DNA of 64,000 bases, taken from assembly GCA_963781585.1 (NCBI GenBank), contig CAWAGQ010000002.1, forward strand, positions 160,001 to 224,000. The letters are read 5' to 3'. Of the stretch, positions 31,488 to 42,658 are shown piece by piece (within the stretch, counting starts at the first letter, position 1; every line of letters starts with the position of its first letter). The DNA comes from an uncultured Gemmatimonadaceae bacterium. GTDB taxonomy: Bacteria; Gemmatimonadota; Gemmatimonadetes; Gemmatimonadales; Gemmatimonadaceae. The notes beneath the pieces were generated by a model that was not told the origin of the DNA, did no database searches, and saw only the letters and a program-made list of their open reading frames with translations. The position numbers were made by a program, and so were the translations under genes.

Positions 31488-32852
31488 TCACGGTACGCGT
31501 GTCATCGCGATGTCCCGCCCTCCCTGGTGGAGGACTGCCCCGGAGACGGCGCCGGCGCCGTTTCGCCTGAAGGTGAGCTGGGCGTCGACGACGGTCCAAC
31601 GATACGCGGAATCTGACGTCGCGAAGATCCGAAATCGCTGCTGTCCGGTCATCTGCGCGTAGAGCTTCCCGCCGGCACGAGTGACGCTCAGCCGCACCCC
31701 CGGGGCGACTTCATAAGTACCTGCATACTGCTGCAGCACGGTCGTGTCCTGCGGCAACTCCACTGGAGGAGCCGGTGGGGGCTGAAGGTCATTGCGCTCG
31801 TCGATCAGGTGGAGCCCGAGGTCGTCGATCGATGTGGCTGAGTTGGAGAGGATGACGACGCCCACGTGTCGCGCCGGATCGAACCCGATGAACGAGTGAA
31901 AGCCCGCCGTCTCGCCGTTGTGCCAGACAATGTCGGTCTCGTGCGCGTGGAGAATGTGCCAGGCGAGTCCAATGGTCGTATTGGGCAGCGTTGTCGCGAG
32001 GCGCGAGGCGTGGGTGGCGAAGAGCGCCGCGCCGAGTGGTGTCTTCGCGCTATCGAGGTTGGCCGCGAGGAACGTGAGCATGTCGTTCAACGTCGAACGG
32101 ATAGCGCCGGCGCCCGCCAGCGCATTGAAATGCCAGTTCGCGACGGCATCGCCGTCGCGGTTGTGGCCCGTCGCGAGCCGCCTCTGCATGCCGGCCGTGC
32201 TGGTGATGCGCGTATCGGCCATGCCCAGCGGTGTCAGAATCCGCGCCTCGAGGAGCTGTTCGTAGCTCTTTCCGGCGTGCCGGGCGAGCGCGAGGCCGAG
32301 CAGGCCCACACCAACATTCGAGTACTCGTACTGCGCACCCGGGTCCCGCGATGGTGTGTAACCCGACAGGAACTGGTAGAGCTCCGACGGACCGTAGTCG
32401 ACATACGGGTCATCGGGATTTGCCGGATGGAGGTTTGCCGGCAAGCGGGGCAGTCCCGAACTCTGCGTCGCCAGGTCGAGCAGCGTGATCGCGCGCCCGT
32501 GGGGGACGAGCTTCACCTCCGGCGGCAGGTATCGCGTGACCGGATCGTCAAGTGAGACCTCGCCGCGTCGGACCAGGTCGGCCAGAAGCGATGCAGTGAA
32601 GGTCTTGGTGACCGAACCGATTTCGAAGACCGTGTTCGGTCCGAGGGCCACTGTTCCGTTGTCCGTCGCGCTCCCGAACTGAAACAGGTGGCGGTGCCCC
32701 GTGGAATCGATAATGCCGGCCACGATTCCCACATTGCGGCGAGTCTCCACGCGCTCCCGAATCAGGCGCTGAACGGCAGTATCGGGCGGAATGGACATCA
32801 TGTGGAGCGCGGCCGCTGCGATGGCGCCCCGGATCAGGTACGAAGAATTCAC
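31488..32852 (-). CDS. Serine hydrolase (beta-lactamase class C-like) with C-terminal DUF3471-like domain
   Basis: SVTK, YSN and WHNG motifs. Confidence 0.9.
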   Translation of the reverse strand: MNSSYLIRGAIAAAALHMMSIPPDTAVQRLIRERVETRRNVGIVAGIIDSTGHRHLFQFGSATDNGTVALGPNTVFEIGSVTKTFTASLLADLVRRGEVSLDDPVTRYLPPEVKLVPHGRAITLLDLATQSSGLPRLPANLHPANPDDPYVDYGPSELYQFLSGYTPSRDPGAQYEYSNVGVGLLGLALARHAGKSYEQLLEARILTPLGMADTRITSTAGMQRRLATGHNRDGDAVANWHFNALAGAGAIRSTLNDMLTFLAANLDSAKTPLGAALFATHASRLATTLPNTTIGLAWHILHAHETDIVWHNGETAGFHSFIGFDPARHVGVVILSNSATSIDDLGLHLIDERNDLQPPPAPPVELPQDTTVLQQYAGTYEVAPGVRLSVTRAGGKLYAQMTGQQRFRIFATSDSAYRWTVVDAQLTFRRNGAGAVSGAVLHQGGRDIAMTRVP

Positions 32853-32888
32853 ACGTCCTCCAGCGTTGGGGAAACCGTCCGGGAGCGC

Positions 32889-33488
32889 TCACGCGCCGGG
32901 CTCGCCTGACGAGGATACCTCTGCGAGCAGCCGCGAGAGCTCCTCCAGCCGTGGCTGCAGATGGCGCCGGGCGGCATTGACGTTCAGCCGGTAGAGGACC
33001 AGCGACAGGAGCGCGACGGAGGCCGCGCAGCCAAAGGTCAGCCATGATGCGCCGGCGCGGCCGGCGATGACCATGATCACGCCGAGCGAGATCGGCGCCA
33101 GATACCACACGAAGACACTCTCGAGGAGCCGGATCTGCGCTGCCACGCTCGACCGCTCATGCTCCAGCGCCACCGCCACCGGCAACTCCATGCGTGCCGC
33201 GCTCGGCACCCGGCGCGCACGGTACAACCTGACCACCACGAGCGCGTACGCCACGATCAACACCACCACTCCGAGGCGGGTGAGGAGAGTGCCGTGTACC
33301 GCCGCGGGGACAATGAGGACGAGAGCGACGACCGCCGCGATGACCTCTCGGAGGTCGCGGAACCGGATCTGCTTGTCGAAGCGTCGTGCTTCCGACTTCA
33401 CGTAGAGGAGAATCTCCTCCGGCGACAGCCGAACGACATCGGCGTCTCGCTCTGACCACCAGTAACCCTTCGCGTCGTCCAAACTCAT
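32889..33488 (-). CDS. 4-TM membrane protein, putative anti-sigma factor
   Basis: Overlaps the ECF sigma stop (ATGA); four TMs. Confidence 0.65.
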   Translation of the reverse strand: MSLDDAKGYWWSERDADVVRLSPEEILLYVKSEARRFDKQIRFRDLREVIAAVVALVLIVPAAVHGTLLTRLGVVVLIVAYALVVVRLYRARRVPSAARMELPVAVALEHERSSVAAQIRLLESVFVWYLAPISLGVIMVIAGRAGASWLTFGCAASVALLSLVLYRLNVNAARRHLQPRLEELSRLLAEVSSSGEPGA

Positions 33489-33994
33489 GACCGCTCCTCG
33501 GCCAGCAGCGTGGCCAGTTCTTTCCTGATGCGATGCAGTTTGACGCCCACGTTGCTCTCGCTGATTCCCAGTACCTCGGCCATCTCGCGGTAGCTCTGTT
33601 CGTCGAGGAACATGGTCACGAGGATCTTCTCGATGTCGTTCAGCCGGCTGATCGCCGCGTACAGGCGCTCGAGTTGCTGCGCCGCCTCCAGGCGCTCGTC
33701 GGCTCCCGGCGTCTCGGACCTCGGTTCCGCACGCACATCGAGCCGCGACTCGCGGCGCGCACGATGCCGGCGCCTGTGGGTGAGCGCGGTATTCAGCGCC
33801 ACCCGATACAGCCAGGTGCCCGGGAGCGACTGCTTCGCGAACGACGGGAGGGAGCGCCAGACCTGCACCAGCACGTCCTGATAGAGGTCCCTGCGGGCCT
33901 CGGCGTCGCGCTCATAGACGCGACAGATCTTCCACAGGCGCGCTTCGTTCTTGCGCACGAGTTCGAGGAAGGTCTGTTCCAGGTCGTTAGCCAC
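33485..33994 (-). CDS. ECF RNA polymerase sigma factor
   Basis: DLYQDV..W..F....TWLYRVALN; SYREMAEVLGISESNVGVKLHR. Confidence 0.92.
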   Translation of the reverse strand: MANDLEQTFLELVRKNEARLWKICRVYERDAEARRDLYQDVLVQVWRSLPSFAKQSLPGTWLYRVALNTALTHRRRHRARRESRLDVRAEPRSETPGADERLEAAQQLERLYAAISRLNDIEKILVTMFLDEQSYREMAEVLGISESNVGVKLHRIRKELATLLAEERS

Positions 33995-34270
33995 GCGTCC
34001 GCCACGTGAAGGACACCAGTATATGTCGCAGGAGCGGGCCCACTCTTACGCGTGGTGGACGTCGAGTGAGGGAGCCCCGGACAAGATGTAGGGAGAAACC
34101 ACGAGATCATCTCCCTTCCGGGTCTCACGCCTCAGGGCTTCTCGCGCCCGGGCGGAGCGGGTGCGCCGGGAGCCCGGCACTGGTACGGTACCAGTGACCG
34201 GAGCCCCTCCGATTTGGGAAGGCGAATGGCGCGACATACCTTTAGGGCGGAGCGGCGAGGAGGTGTGTCG

Positions 34271-35620
34271 ATGATGGGCCGTCTCAGGTGGGTGCTCGTT
34301 CTCTCGGCAACCGCGGCCTTCACCGGCAACGCGGCGGGGCAGCCGGACTCGGTGGCCCGAGGGGGAGCCGCGCCCGCGACCCAGCATCAGATGCCCGGGC
34401 ATGATCGGATCCTGGTGATGCACCTCGCGGACGATATCTCACCCGTGACCGCCGAAGCGCTCATCTCCGCGATCGATCGCGCCGAGCGGGAGGGGTATCG
34501 CGCCCTCGTAATCGAGATCGATACGCCGGGCGGTCTCGAGAGCAGCATGCGCACGATGGTCAAGCGGATGCTGGCGTCCACGGTGCCGATCATCACCTGG
34601 GTGGCGCCGAGCGGCGCGCGCGCGGCGTCGGCCGGGGTGTTCGTGACGATGGCCGCGGACGTGGCGGCGATGGCGCCGGGCACGAACATCGGGGCCGCGA
34701 CACCGGTCAATCTCCAGGGTCCGATGGACTCCACGATGGCGCGCAAGGTGACGGCGGATGCCGCGGCGTTCGCGCGCACCATTGCCGGACAGCGGGGCCG
34801 GAATGCCTCGTGGGCTGAACGCGCTGTGCGCGAGGCCATCGCCGCGAGCGAGGCCGAGGCGGTGGATCTGCACGTCGTGGACTTCGTCGCCGCCACACTG
34901 CCCGAGTTGCTGGACAAGGCCGACGGGCGCACGTGGCGGCGCGCGGGCGAGGAGCACGTCCTCTCGGTCAAGGGCTTGCCTGTTGATCGCATTCAGCTGG
35001 GATTTCGCGACCGCCTGCTCGCGATTCTCACCGACCCGAGCGTCGCCTACATCCTGCTCTTGTTAGGCTTCTACGGTCTGCTGTTCGAGCTGCAGAATCC
35101 CGGGGCGATTCTCCCGGGTGTGGTGGGCGTGGTGTGTCTGGTGCTCGCGCTGTTCGCGCTCTCGACCCTTCCGGTGAACTACGCCGGGGTGGCGCTGATC
35201 GTGCTCGCGGTCGGGTTCTTCATCGCCGAGATCAAGATCGTGAGCCACGGCGTGCTGGCCGTGGCAGGGGTGATCTCGATGTTGCTGGGATCCCTGATGC
35301 TGTTTCCGGGTGACGAGATGCGTCTGGCGGGGACGCTGATCGGCGGGGCGACGCTGGTTACCGCGGCGTTCTTCCTCTTTGTGGTCGGCGCCGGGCTCAA
35401 CGCGCAGCGACGCCGGGTGCAGACGGGAGCCCCCGCCCTCATCGGGGCGCGGGCGTCGGTCATATCCCGCCTCGCGCCGGAGGGGATGGTGCGTGTGGAA
35501 GGAGAACTGTGGAGGGCGGTGTCGGACACCGCGGTGGAACCGGGGAGCGAAGTGGAAATCACCGGCGTGGACCAGCTCACGCTGCACGTCCGCGCGTCAG
35601 GCAAGGAGACCGCAACATGA
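34271..35620 (+). CDS. nfeD: NfeD-family membrane-bound serine protease
   Basis: [21 protein letters not shown]-terminal OB fold (GELWRAVS). Confidence 0.9.
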   Translation: MMGRLRWVLVLSATAAFTGNAAGQPDSVARGGAAPATQHQMPGHDRILVMHLADDISPVTAEALISAIDRAEREGYRALVIEIDTPGGLESSMRTMVKRMLASTVPIITWVAPSGARAASAGVFVTMAADVAAMAPGTNIGAATPVNLQGPMDSTMARKVTADAAAFARTIAGQRGRNASWAERAVREAIAASEAEAVDLHVVDFVAATLPELLDKADGRTWRRAGEEHVLSVKGLPVDRIQLGFRDRLLAILTDPSVAYILLLLGFYGLLFELQNPGAILPGVVGVVCLVLALFALSTLPVNYAGVALIVLAVGFFIAEIKIVSHGVLAVAGVISMLLGSLMLFPGDEMRLAGTLIGGATLVTAAFFLFVVGAGLNAQRRRVQTGAPALIGARASVISRLAPEGMVRVEGELWRAVSDTAVEPGSEVEITGVDQLTLHVRASGKETAT

Positions 35621-36387
35621 TTGGACCATCCCAGACGCTGCTCCTGTTCGTGATCGTGCTGGGGATCGTGATCCTGTCCAATGCCATTCGGGTCGTGCGG
35701 GAGTACGAGCGGCTGGTGGTGTTCCGGCTGGGTCGTCTCATCGGCGACAAGGGCCCCGGACTGGTGATCCTGATTCCGATCGTGGACCGGGCGGTGAAGG
35801 TTGGGCTTCGGACGGTGGCGATGGACGTGCCCCCGCAGGACATCATCACCCGCGACAACGTGACGGTGAAGGTGAACGCGGTCATCTTTTTCCGCGTGAT
35901 GAGTGCGAAAGCGGCGGTGGTGCAGGTCGAGGACTTTCTGTTTGCCACGTCGCAGATCGCGCAGACGACGCTGCGCTCGATTCTGGGCCAGCAGGAACTC
36001 GACCAACTGCTCGCCGAGCGTGAGAAGCTGAACCAGGCGCTCCAGCAGGTGATCGACCGGCACACCGAACCGTGGGGGGTGAAGGTGAGCACGGTCGAGG
36101 TGAAGAACGTGGATCTGCCCCAGGAGATGCAGCGGGCGATCGCGCGGCAGGCCGAGGCGGAGCGTGAACGACGCGCCAAGGTGATCAACGCGGAGGGCGA
36201 ATTCCAGGCGGCGGCGCAGCTGGCGGAAGCGGCCAAGGTGATCGCGGCCCAGCCTGTCGCGCTCCAGCTCCGTTACCTGCAGACACTGGCGGAGATTGCG
36301 ACCGAGAACAATTCGACCACTATCTTCCCGGTACCGGTGGACTTTCTCTCGGCGTTCATGGGCTCGGCATTGTCGCGAGGGGGATGA
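35617..36387 (+). CDS. Stomatin/slipin SPFH protein
   Basis: [39 protein letters not shown]. Confidence 0.95.
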   Translation: MIGPSQTLLLFVIVLGIVILSNAIRVVREYERLVVFRLGRLIGDKGPGLVILIPIVDRAVKVGLRTVAMDVPPQDIITRDNVTVKVNAVIFFRVMSAKAAVVQVEDFLFATSQIAQTTLRSILGQQELDQLLAEREKLNQALQQVIDRHTEPWGVKVSTVEVKNVDLPQEMQRAIARQAEAERERRAKVINAEGEFQAAAQLAEAAKVIAAQPVALQLRYLQTLAEIATENNSTTIFPVPVDFLSAFMGSALSRGG

Positions 36388-36816
36388 TTGGGGGGTCAGC
36401 GAAGAGGTGGCGGCTCCGTCAGCGCCACGCGGCGAGTTGCTGATCGCGCCGTTTGTGGGGTCGCTTTGCTCGCGGGCGCGTGCATCCACCACGCGAAGCC
36501 GGCGGCAGACGATCCCCGAGCGGCAACGCGCCAATGCGTCGAGGCGCAGGTCCAGCTTGCCGGCTACCGCGTTCTGAGTCGCGGCGAGGGAGGCATCTAC
36601 GCCGTGAGCGAACCGCCCAGCGGCTCGTTGAATCAGCCGCAGCAGGGCGTATTCGATCGCCTCAGCGTCCACTTTCTGGCGCGCGGCTTCACCACCGAAG
36701 GCTCGAGCTGGGCGAGCGATCCGTACGCCGCGCGGGGCGCGGTGCGCCAGGTGGAGGAGTCGATGCGGCTGTGCGCGCTCGAAGCCACGCTCGAGCGCAC
36801 CTGCGCGCCGTCGTGA
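36388..36816 (+). CDS. Hypothetical lipoprotein
   Basis: LAGAC lipobox-like; start uncertain. Confidence 0.45.
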   Translation: MGGQRRGGGSVSATRRVADRAVCGVALLAGACIHHAKPAADDPRAATRQCVEAQVQLAGYRVLSRGEGGIYAVSEPPSGSLNQPQQGVFDRLSVHFLARGFTTEGSSWASDPYAARGAVRQVEESMRLCALEATLERTCAPS

Positions 36817-36819
36817 CCA

Positions 36820-38568
36820 TCAGGGCGGCGATCCTGCCACCTCGAGGACGCGAAGCGCGATCTCGCGCGGCGACATCCGGAGTGTCGTCAGGATCCGGAT
36901 GTGATCGCCTTCGGCCGGCAATCCAACGGACAGGGGCGTGCCCGCGGGCACGTTGCAGAAGGTCGCCACGCCCGCCGAGTCCGTGATTGCCTGATCAGCG
37001 TGCTCGCGGGCCCCGAGGGCGGACCTGCGCCCGCGTGAAACCTGCGCCGTCCCGCTCCATGTGAGGCGCAGAGTCACGCCGGGCAATGGAGTGCGGGAAT
37101 CGTCGCGGATCAAGGTGAGCCGCAACGTCGCCTCGCTCGTACCGGGCATGCGTCCGTCGCACATGGCGAACGCGATGCCCGCAGCACCCGGGGCACGGAA
37201 GTCCAGTTCGCGGCGCGCTCCCTCCTCCAGCACGATGTCGGTCCGGCCGATGCGCACTCCGTAGCGCGCGTAGTCGGCGTGGTCGGCGGCCAGGGCATAG
37301 ACACCGGGCGGAAGACTGTCGAACCGGAACCTGCCTGACGAGTCGATCATGGTACGCCACGACGTGCCCAGCAGCGTCACGCGCGCACCCGCGAGTGGCC
37401 GGCCGGTGCTATCCCGCACGATGCCGGTGAGTTCGGCCGGCTCCTCCGACCGCGCGAGCTCCGGAGAGAAGACGAAGCCGCCCTCCTCCTCGAGCCCGAC
37501 CTGAATCGGACGCACGCCGCCATTCGGCGCCGGCGCGATGAACAGCGAGCGAGGGATGCGCAGATACCAGCGCCGCACGATCCACGGCCCGCCCGCCAGC
37601 CGCGTGAAGTACACCCTGCCGCCGGTTCGCTCGCCCGACGCGTTATCCGGGAGGCGCAGCCACGAGAACTCGACCCACCGTAGTTCCGAGGTCCGCGCGT
37701 CCAGCCAGACCGTGCCGCGAATCTCCGGTACCGTGCGACCGCGGACCGGCTCGAACGACAGGCCGACCAGACCGCGCCGATCGCCGGTGCCGTCGGAGAC
37801 GGTGAAGCAGTGGTCCCGCACGAATGCGTCGGAGAGCAGTGCGTTCGCGTCGAGCCCGTAGAAGATCGTCGTCATCTCGTTCACCGGCTGCCAGTAGCCG
37901 ATCGTGGACAGGGAATCTCCGCGCAGACTGGTGAAGACGGGCGGCATGCTGTCGCCGGCGGCGCCGTAGGCGCGGTGTGTTTCGTCGAGCACGGCGAGGT
38001 TGGTCGGATCGAGGGCCCGGCTGTAGCGCACCAGCTCGTAGCGGGCCAACCTGTCCCGGGCGGTGATCTGCGCCGCGGTGAGGGCAGCGCGCGCGTCGTC
38101 CCAGAGCTCTGCCAGCCGCGACGCGTCGGCGAGACGGGTTCCGCACAGCGATTTGCCGGTGACCGCGACACCAGGGAGCGAGGTCGCAACGCGATCGAGC
38201 GCGACGTCCATGTGGCGCGTTTCCCCCGGCGCCAGTGGGAACGCATCGGACGTATAGCGTCGGGAGCCGATGCGCTTGATCAACAGCCGGAAGCGTCCCG
38301 CTCCGGGCGCGCTCACCGTGAAATCTCCCGTCTCACTGGTGAGCACGTTTCGCAGGCCCGCCGTGTCGGCCGCGGAGGCCGGGCTCTCGCGCTCGAGCGT
38401 CACGAGCGCGCCAGCCACGGCGGCGCCGGTCGCCCGGTCTGTGACGGCGCCGCGCACCACCTGCCCACGAAGGCTCGAGGGGCCGACCGCCAGCAACAGC
38501 AGAACGAGCAGTGGAGCGCCTCGTGCGCCTGCACCCCGAATTCGCCGATCCCACCGGCAGCTGGACAC
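36820..38568 (-). CDS. Exported protein with carboxypeptidase-regulatory-like (SpaA/prealbumin-fold) domains
   Basis: 3' half of the long ORF: signal peptide, VRGAVTD..GALVTL, LTGIVRDSTGRPLAGA..GRFRFDSLPPG. Confidence 0.75.
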   Translation of the reverse strand: MSSCRWDRRIRGAGARGAPLLVLLLLAVGPSSLRGQVVRGAVTDRATGAAVAGALVTLERESPASAADTAGLRNVLTSETGDFTVSAPGAGRFRLLIKRIGSRRYTSDAFPLAPGETRHMDVALDRVATSLPGVAVTGKSLCGTRLADASRLAELWDDARAALTAAQITARDRLARYELVRYSRALDPTNLAVLDETHRAYGAAGDSMPPVFTSLRGDSLSTIGYWQPVNEMTTIFYGLDANALLSDAFVRDHCFTVSDGTGDRRGLVGLSFEPVRGRTVPEIRGTVWLDARTSELRWVEFSWLRLPDNASGERTGGRVYFTRLAGGPWIVRRWYLRIPRSLFIAPAPNGGVRPIQVGLEEEGGFVFSPELARSEEPAELTGIVRDSTGRPLAGARVTLLGTSWRTMIDSSGRFRFDSLPPGVYALAADHADYARYGVRIGRTDIVLEEGARRELDFRAPGAAGIAFAMCDGRMPGTSEATLRLTLIRDDSRTPLPGVTLRLTWSGTAQVSRGRRSALGAREHADQAITDSAGVATFCNVPAGTPLSVGLPAEGDHIRILTTLRMSPREIALRVLEVAGSPP

Positions 38569-38739
38569 CTGGCTGATCTCCCTGTCGCACTTCGGCGATG
38601 ACGACCGGCGGCCGCGCACGGCCCGCCGCCGGAAAATGCGGTGACTCGCGAGGGTTGGCCAGCGACCGGGTGCGCCGGAGTTTCGCTGCCGGATGGATCG
38701 CCACTTCCTCCGGAAAGGCTCGCGGTCTATCATGGGGAT

Positions 38740-38835
38740 ACTCGTCCGGGGTGCCCGAGCGCGGAACACCGTCCGCGTGAAGGCTGAGAGAGTCCCGTCG
38801 AACCTGATCCGGTTAGGACCGGCGTAGGAAGTCGC
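38740..38835 (+). ncRNA. TPP (THI-box) riboswitch
   Basis: GGGGTGC..GGCTGAGA..CCCGTCGAACCTGATCCGGTTAGGACCGGCGTAGGAAG canonical core. Confidence 0.92.
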
Positions 38836-39023
38836 GAGTGACTCGGCGTTTCTGACGCCGGGTCCGCCTGGGAATCGATGCCGCTTCGCGACGCGCGAGC
38901 GGCCACGTGGTGCCGAGTGCATCGCGCCACCGTCCCGGCAGCGGGTCCATCGCCAGTGCCCACCAGTACAGGCGGCGCGTCGATCGGCTCCGGCGAGCCA
39001 CGATCTTCTGCCTGACGATTCCC

Positions 39024-41393
39024 ATGCTGTCCCCGCATTCCCGCGCGATGCTGGTCGCGCTCGTGGTTCCATCCGTTGGCGGCATCCTCGCCGCCGGTCG
39101 GTCACTCGAGGCGCAGAGCGCCGACGCCGTTCGTGGTCGCGGGCGTGGTGGTCGACGCGTCCACCGGGGCGCCCCTCGACAGCGCCCATGTGTACGTGTC
39201 CGATACCGTTCCGGCGTCGACATTCACCATCGGAACGAACAGGCCCGGCGACGTCCAGCGAGCCGGAGCGGCCCCACTGGCATCCACCTTCACTGGTACC
39301 GACGGCCGGTTTCACTTGACCCTTCCGCGGCGAGGGACGCTGGTGGTGGAACGGTCCGACTACGTGACCATGACCCGCGACGTCGCGAGGGGAGACACCG
39401 CCCTGGTCGTCGCACTTGCGACCCGGGTGCTGGCCCGGGCGCGTACGCTCGAGGGGCTCACCATCACCGCGGTCCGCGCGGGCAGTGAAGCACCGATCGC
39501 GCAGACGACGCTCGACCGCGCGCGACTCCAGCGCGACTACACCGGACAGGACGTACCGCTCACCCTGCGTCAGGCGCCGTCGGTCACCGCGTATTCGGAG
39601 AGCGGATCGCTGCTCAACTACTCGTACTTCCGCCTGCGCGGCGTCGACCAGTCGCGCATCAACATCACGCTGGACGGGGTGCCGCTCAACGAACCCGAAG
39701 ATCAGCAGATCTACTTCTCGGACTTTCCCGACTTCACGAGCTCGGTGCAGAGCATGCAGGTGCAGCGCGGCGTGGGCACCAGTAGCTACGGCCAGGCGGC
39801 GTTCGGCGGGTCGGTGAACTTTGCCTCGCCATCGCTGGCGGGCTCGCACCGCCTGACGACGCTGGAACTCGGCGGCGGCTCGTTCGGCATGGCCCGCGGC
39901 ATGCTGGAGGCGCAGAGCGGGCAGCTCGCCAATCGCTTCGCCTTCTCCGGTCGTGTCTCCGGCGTGCGTTCGGACGGGTATCGCGAGGGCGCGACCACGG
40001 CGGCCAACAGCGCATTCATGAGCGCCGGCTACTTCGGCAACCGCAACCTGGTGAAGCTCACCGCCGAGACCGGACTCGAGCAGAACGGCCAGGCATACGA
40101 GCCATTGCCCGACAGCACGCTGCGTCGCGATCCGCGCGCCAATCCGCTGGCCGGCGTCGGCGATCACTACCGCGAGAGCTTCGCGACGCTGAACTACACG
40201 CGCTTCCTCTCGCCTGCCGCGTCGGCGGGACTGACCGCGTACGGGTTCCTCACCAGCGGCTACTACGACTATCCCTCGGGCGCGCCCGGGCCGGCACTGC
40301 GCTACCGCTCGGCGTCGCGCTGGGTCGGGGTGATTGCGGCGGCACACGCAGTGGCCGGACGCCTGATGGTGGACGGCGGCGCGCACGCGGAAACGTACTC
40401 CAAGGATCATCAGTTCGACGACCGCCCGGACCTGGTGTATCCGGGGTACTCGAACACCGGCTACAAGACCGAAGCGTCCGCGTTCGGCAAGGTGAGACTC
40501 GCGTTAGGTGCGGCGACCCTGTTCGGCGATCTGCAGCTTCGCACCGCCGAATTCCGGTATCGCCCTTCGGCGGGGTACGGGCTGGACGACGCCAGCCAGC
40601 GGTGGAGTTTCGCGAACCCACGGGCCGGCATCACGGTGCGCGCGGCGCCGCGGCTGACGCTGTTCGCGTCGTACGGCACCACCGGCCGCGAGCCAACGCG
40701 CAACGATCTGTTCGCCGGTGCGGACGACGTCACGCCTGACGATGCCCCGACGCTGCTTCCGCTCACCCGCGTGCGCCCGGAACACGTCAACGACCTGGAG
40801 GCGGGGGCACGCTCGTCGTCGGGCCGGCCGGATTCACGCTGAACATCTATGATATGCGGTTCCGCGACGAAATCGCGCGCACCGGCGCCACGACGCCGCT
40901 CGGCTATGACATCCGCGCGAACGTGGGGCGGAGCTACCGGCGCGGGGTGGAGCTCGACGGCTCGTGGACCGTGACGTCGTCGCTGGACCTGGGCATGTCG
41001 GCGGCCGTGAGCCGCAACCGGATCGTCGCGTATCACGACGAGGCGAGCGGGATGACCTTTCGGGACGTCGACCCCATCCTCACCCCCACGGTCGTCGCCA
41101 GCCACCGCCTGACCTGGCATGCCGCGCCCCGGGTGTCGTTCACCGCGGACGGCCGCTATCAGGGACGCACGTTTCTCGCGCCCACGGGTGACGACCGCCT
41201 GACGACTCCAGGGTTCTATGTCCTCGACGGGGGAGTGACGATTGCAGTGGGCGGGCGCACGCTGCTGGTGCAGGGGCGCAACCTGCTGGACCGGCGCGCC
41301 TATCCGTCCGGCGACGTGAGCAGTGACGGCGAGGCGCGGTACTTCATTCTGGCGCCCCGCAGTGTGGATGTGACCCTCCGGATTCGGCTCTAG
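39024..41393 (+). CDS. TonB-dependent receptor, probably for thiamine (frameshifts near 39120 and 40820)
   Basis: Signal peptide in ORF 38907; plug LRGVDQSRINITLDGVPLNEPEDQ..VQRGVGTS in ORF 39076; barrel end in ORF 40854; downstream of the TPP riboswitch. Confidence 0.85.
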
Positions 41394-41405
41394 CTTACGC
41401 CTGGT

Positions 41406-41486
41406 ATGAACCGAACGGAGTGGTGGGCGGTGCCCGTGCGGCGCGCGACGCGGGTCGATCCGCTGGTGGCCCTGCGGCAGGACTAG
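41406..41486 (+). pseudogene. C-terminal remnant of a MacB/FtsX-like (ADOP-type) ABC permease
   Basis: Encodes ..WAVPVRRATRVDPLVALRQD*, the family's terminal P.RRA.RVDP..ALR.E signature. Confidence 0.7.
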
Positions 41487-41494
41487 CCGGACCC

Positions 41495-42373
41495 GTGCAT
41501 CGGGATCGGCCCAGTCGTACCGCCTACCGTGTGGCACTTCGCCGAGCCGCGCACCAGTTGCTCGACGCACCGGTTGTGTTCGCAGATCCGGTGGCGCTCG
41601 AGATCCTCGGGCCGGAACAGGCTGCGGCGCTTCGCGCGAATGCGGCCACGCAGGAGCGCGGGCCGATCGCACGGGCGCTGCGGGCGTTCCTGGCCGCGCG
41701 CAGCCGGCTGGCGGAGGAGACGCTGGCCGAACTGGTGACGTCGGGCGTCCGCCAATACGTCGTGCTGGGCGCCGGACTCGACACGTTCGCCTACCGGAAT
41801 CCCTATCCGGCGGACCAGCTCCGCGTGTTCGAGGTGGACCATCCATCCACCCAGATCTGGAAATGCGAGCAGCTCGCCGCCTCGGGCATCAACGTCCCCG
41901 GCACGCTGACGTTCGTTCCGGTGGACTTCGCGCAGCAGGATCTGACGGCGCAGCTGCGTGGCGCCGGACTGCGGATGGGCGAGGGGACGTTCTTCTCGTG
42001 GCTCGGCGTGGTGCCCTACCTCGACACCGCGGCGGTGCGGACGACGCTGACGTCGATCGCGGAACTCACGCGTGCGGGTGGCGGTGTGGTCTTCGACTAC
42101 GCGGTGCCGCCGGACGCGCTGACGCCGTTGCAGCGAACCGCATTCGAGGCGATGGCCGCGCGCGTGGCCGCGGCGGGAGAACCGTGGCGGAGCTTCTTCG
42201 TGCCGGCGGATCTGGAGCGCGAAGTGCGGGCGATGGGCTTCGGCCAGGTTGACGACCTCAGTGGCGATGAAATCAACCGGCGCTACTTCGCGGGTCGGCA
42301 CGACGGACTGCGGGTTGGCTCGCTCGGCCGGATCCTCAGGGCCCTGTCGCTTCCCGCCCGGAAGGCCGTATGA
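41495..42373 (+). CDS. SAM-dependent methyltransferase (LCM/YktD-like)
   Basis: QYVVLGAGLDT, FEVDHP, WLGVVPYL. Confidence 0.9.
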   Translation: MHRDRPSRTAYRVALRRAAHQLLDAPVVFADPVALEILGPEQAAALRANAATQERGPIARALRAFLAARSRLAEETLAELVTSGVRQYVVLGAGLDTFAYRNPYPADQLRVFEVDHPSTQIWKCEQLAASGINVPGTLTFVPVDFAQQDLTAQLRGAGLRMGEGTFFSWLGVVPYLDTAAVRTTLTSIAELTRAGGGVVFDYAVPPDALTPLQRTAFEAMAARVAAAGEPWRSFFVPADLEREVRAMGFGQVDDLSGDEINRRYFAGRHDGLRVGSLGRILRALSLPARKAV

Positions 42374-42379
42374 TCCGGG

Positions 42380-42658
42380 ATGCGCGAGCACCACGAGTAC
42401 GATTTCCGATCGTCACCGGGAGATGAGCCGCCTCGAGCCGCAGACCGGACATCCGTCGTTCCCTTCGGACCGTTCGAGATGGATCCGGGGCCGTGGGAGC
42501 TGCGCGTCGAGCGGGAGCGCGTCGCGCTGGGACCGAGACCAGTCCGGCTGCTACACCTGCTGGTAAGCCGCAAAAGCGAGCTGGTCACGCGCGACGAGAT
42601 CTACCAGCTCCTGTGGTCCGATGGAGAGAAGCGGCGCTTCGTGCGGGAGGAACCATGA
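42380..42658 (+). pseudogene. Truncated OmpR/ToxR-type winged-helix domain
   Basis: FGPFEMD..L..LLHLLV...ELVTRDEI...LW, stops before the recognition helix. Confidence 0.55.

Noticed and set aside
36820..40410. 1196-aa minus-strand ORF as one protein
   Set aside because: The 5' half is the antisense shadow of the TonB receptor and crosses the TPP riboswitch; only the part from about 38568 looks real
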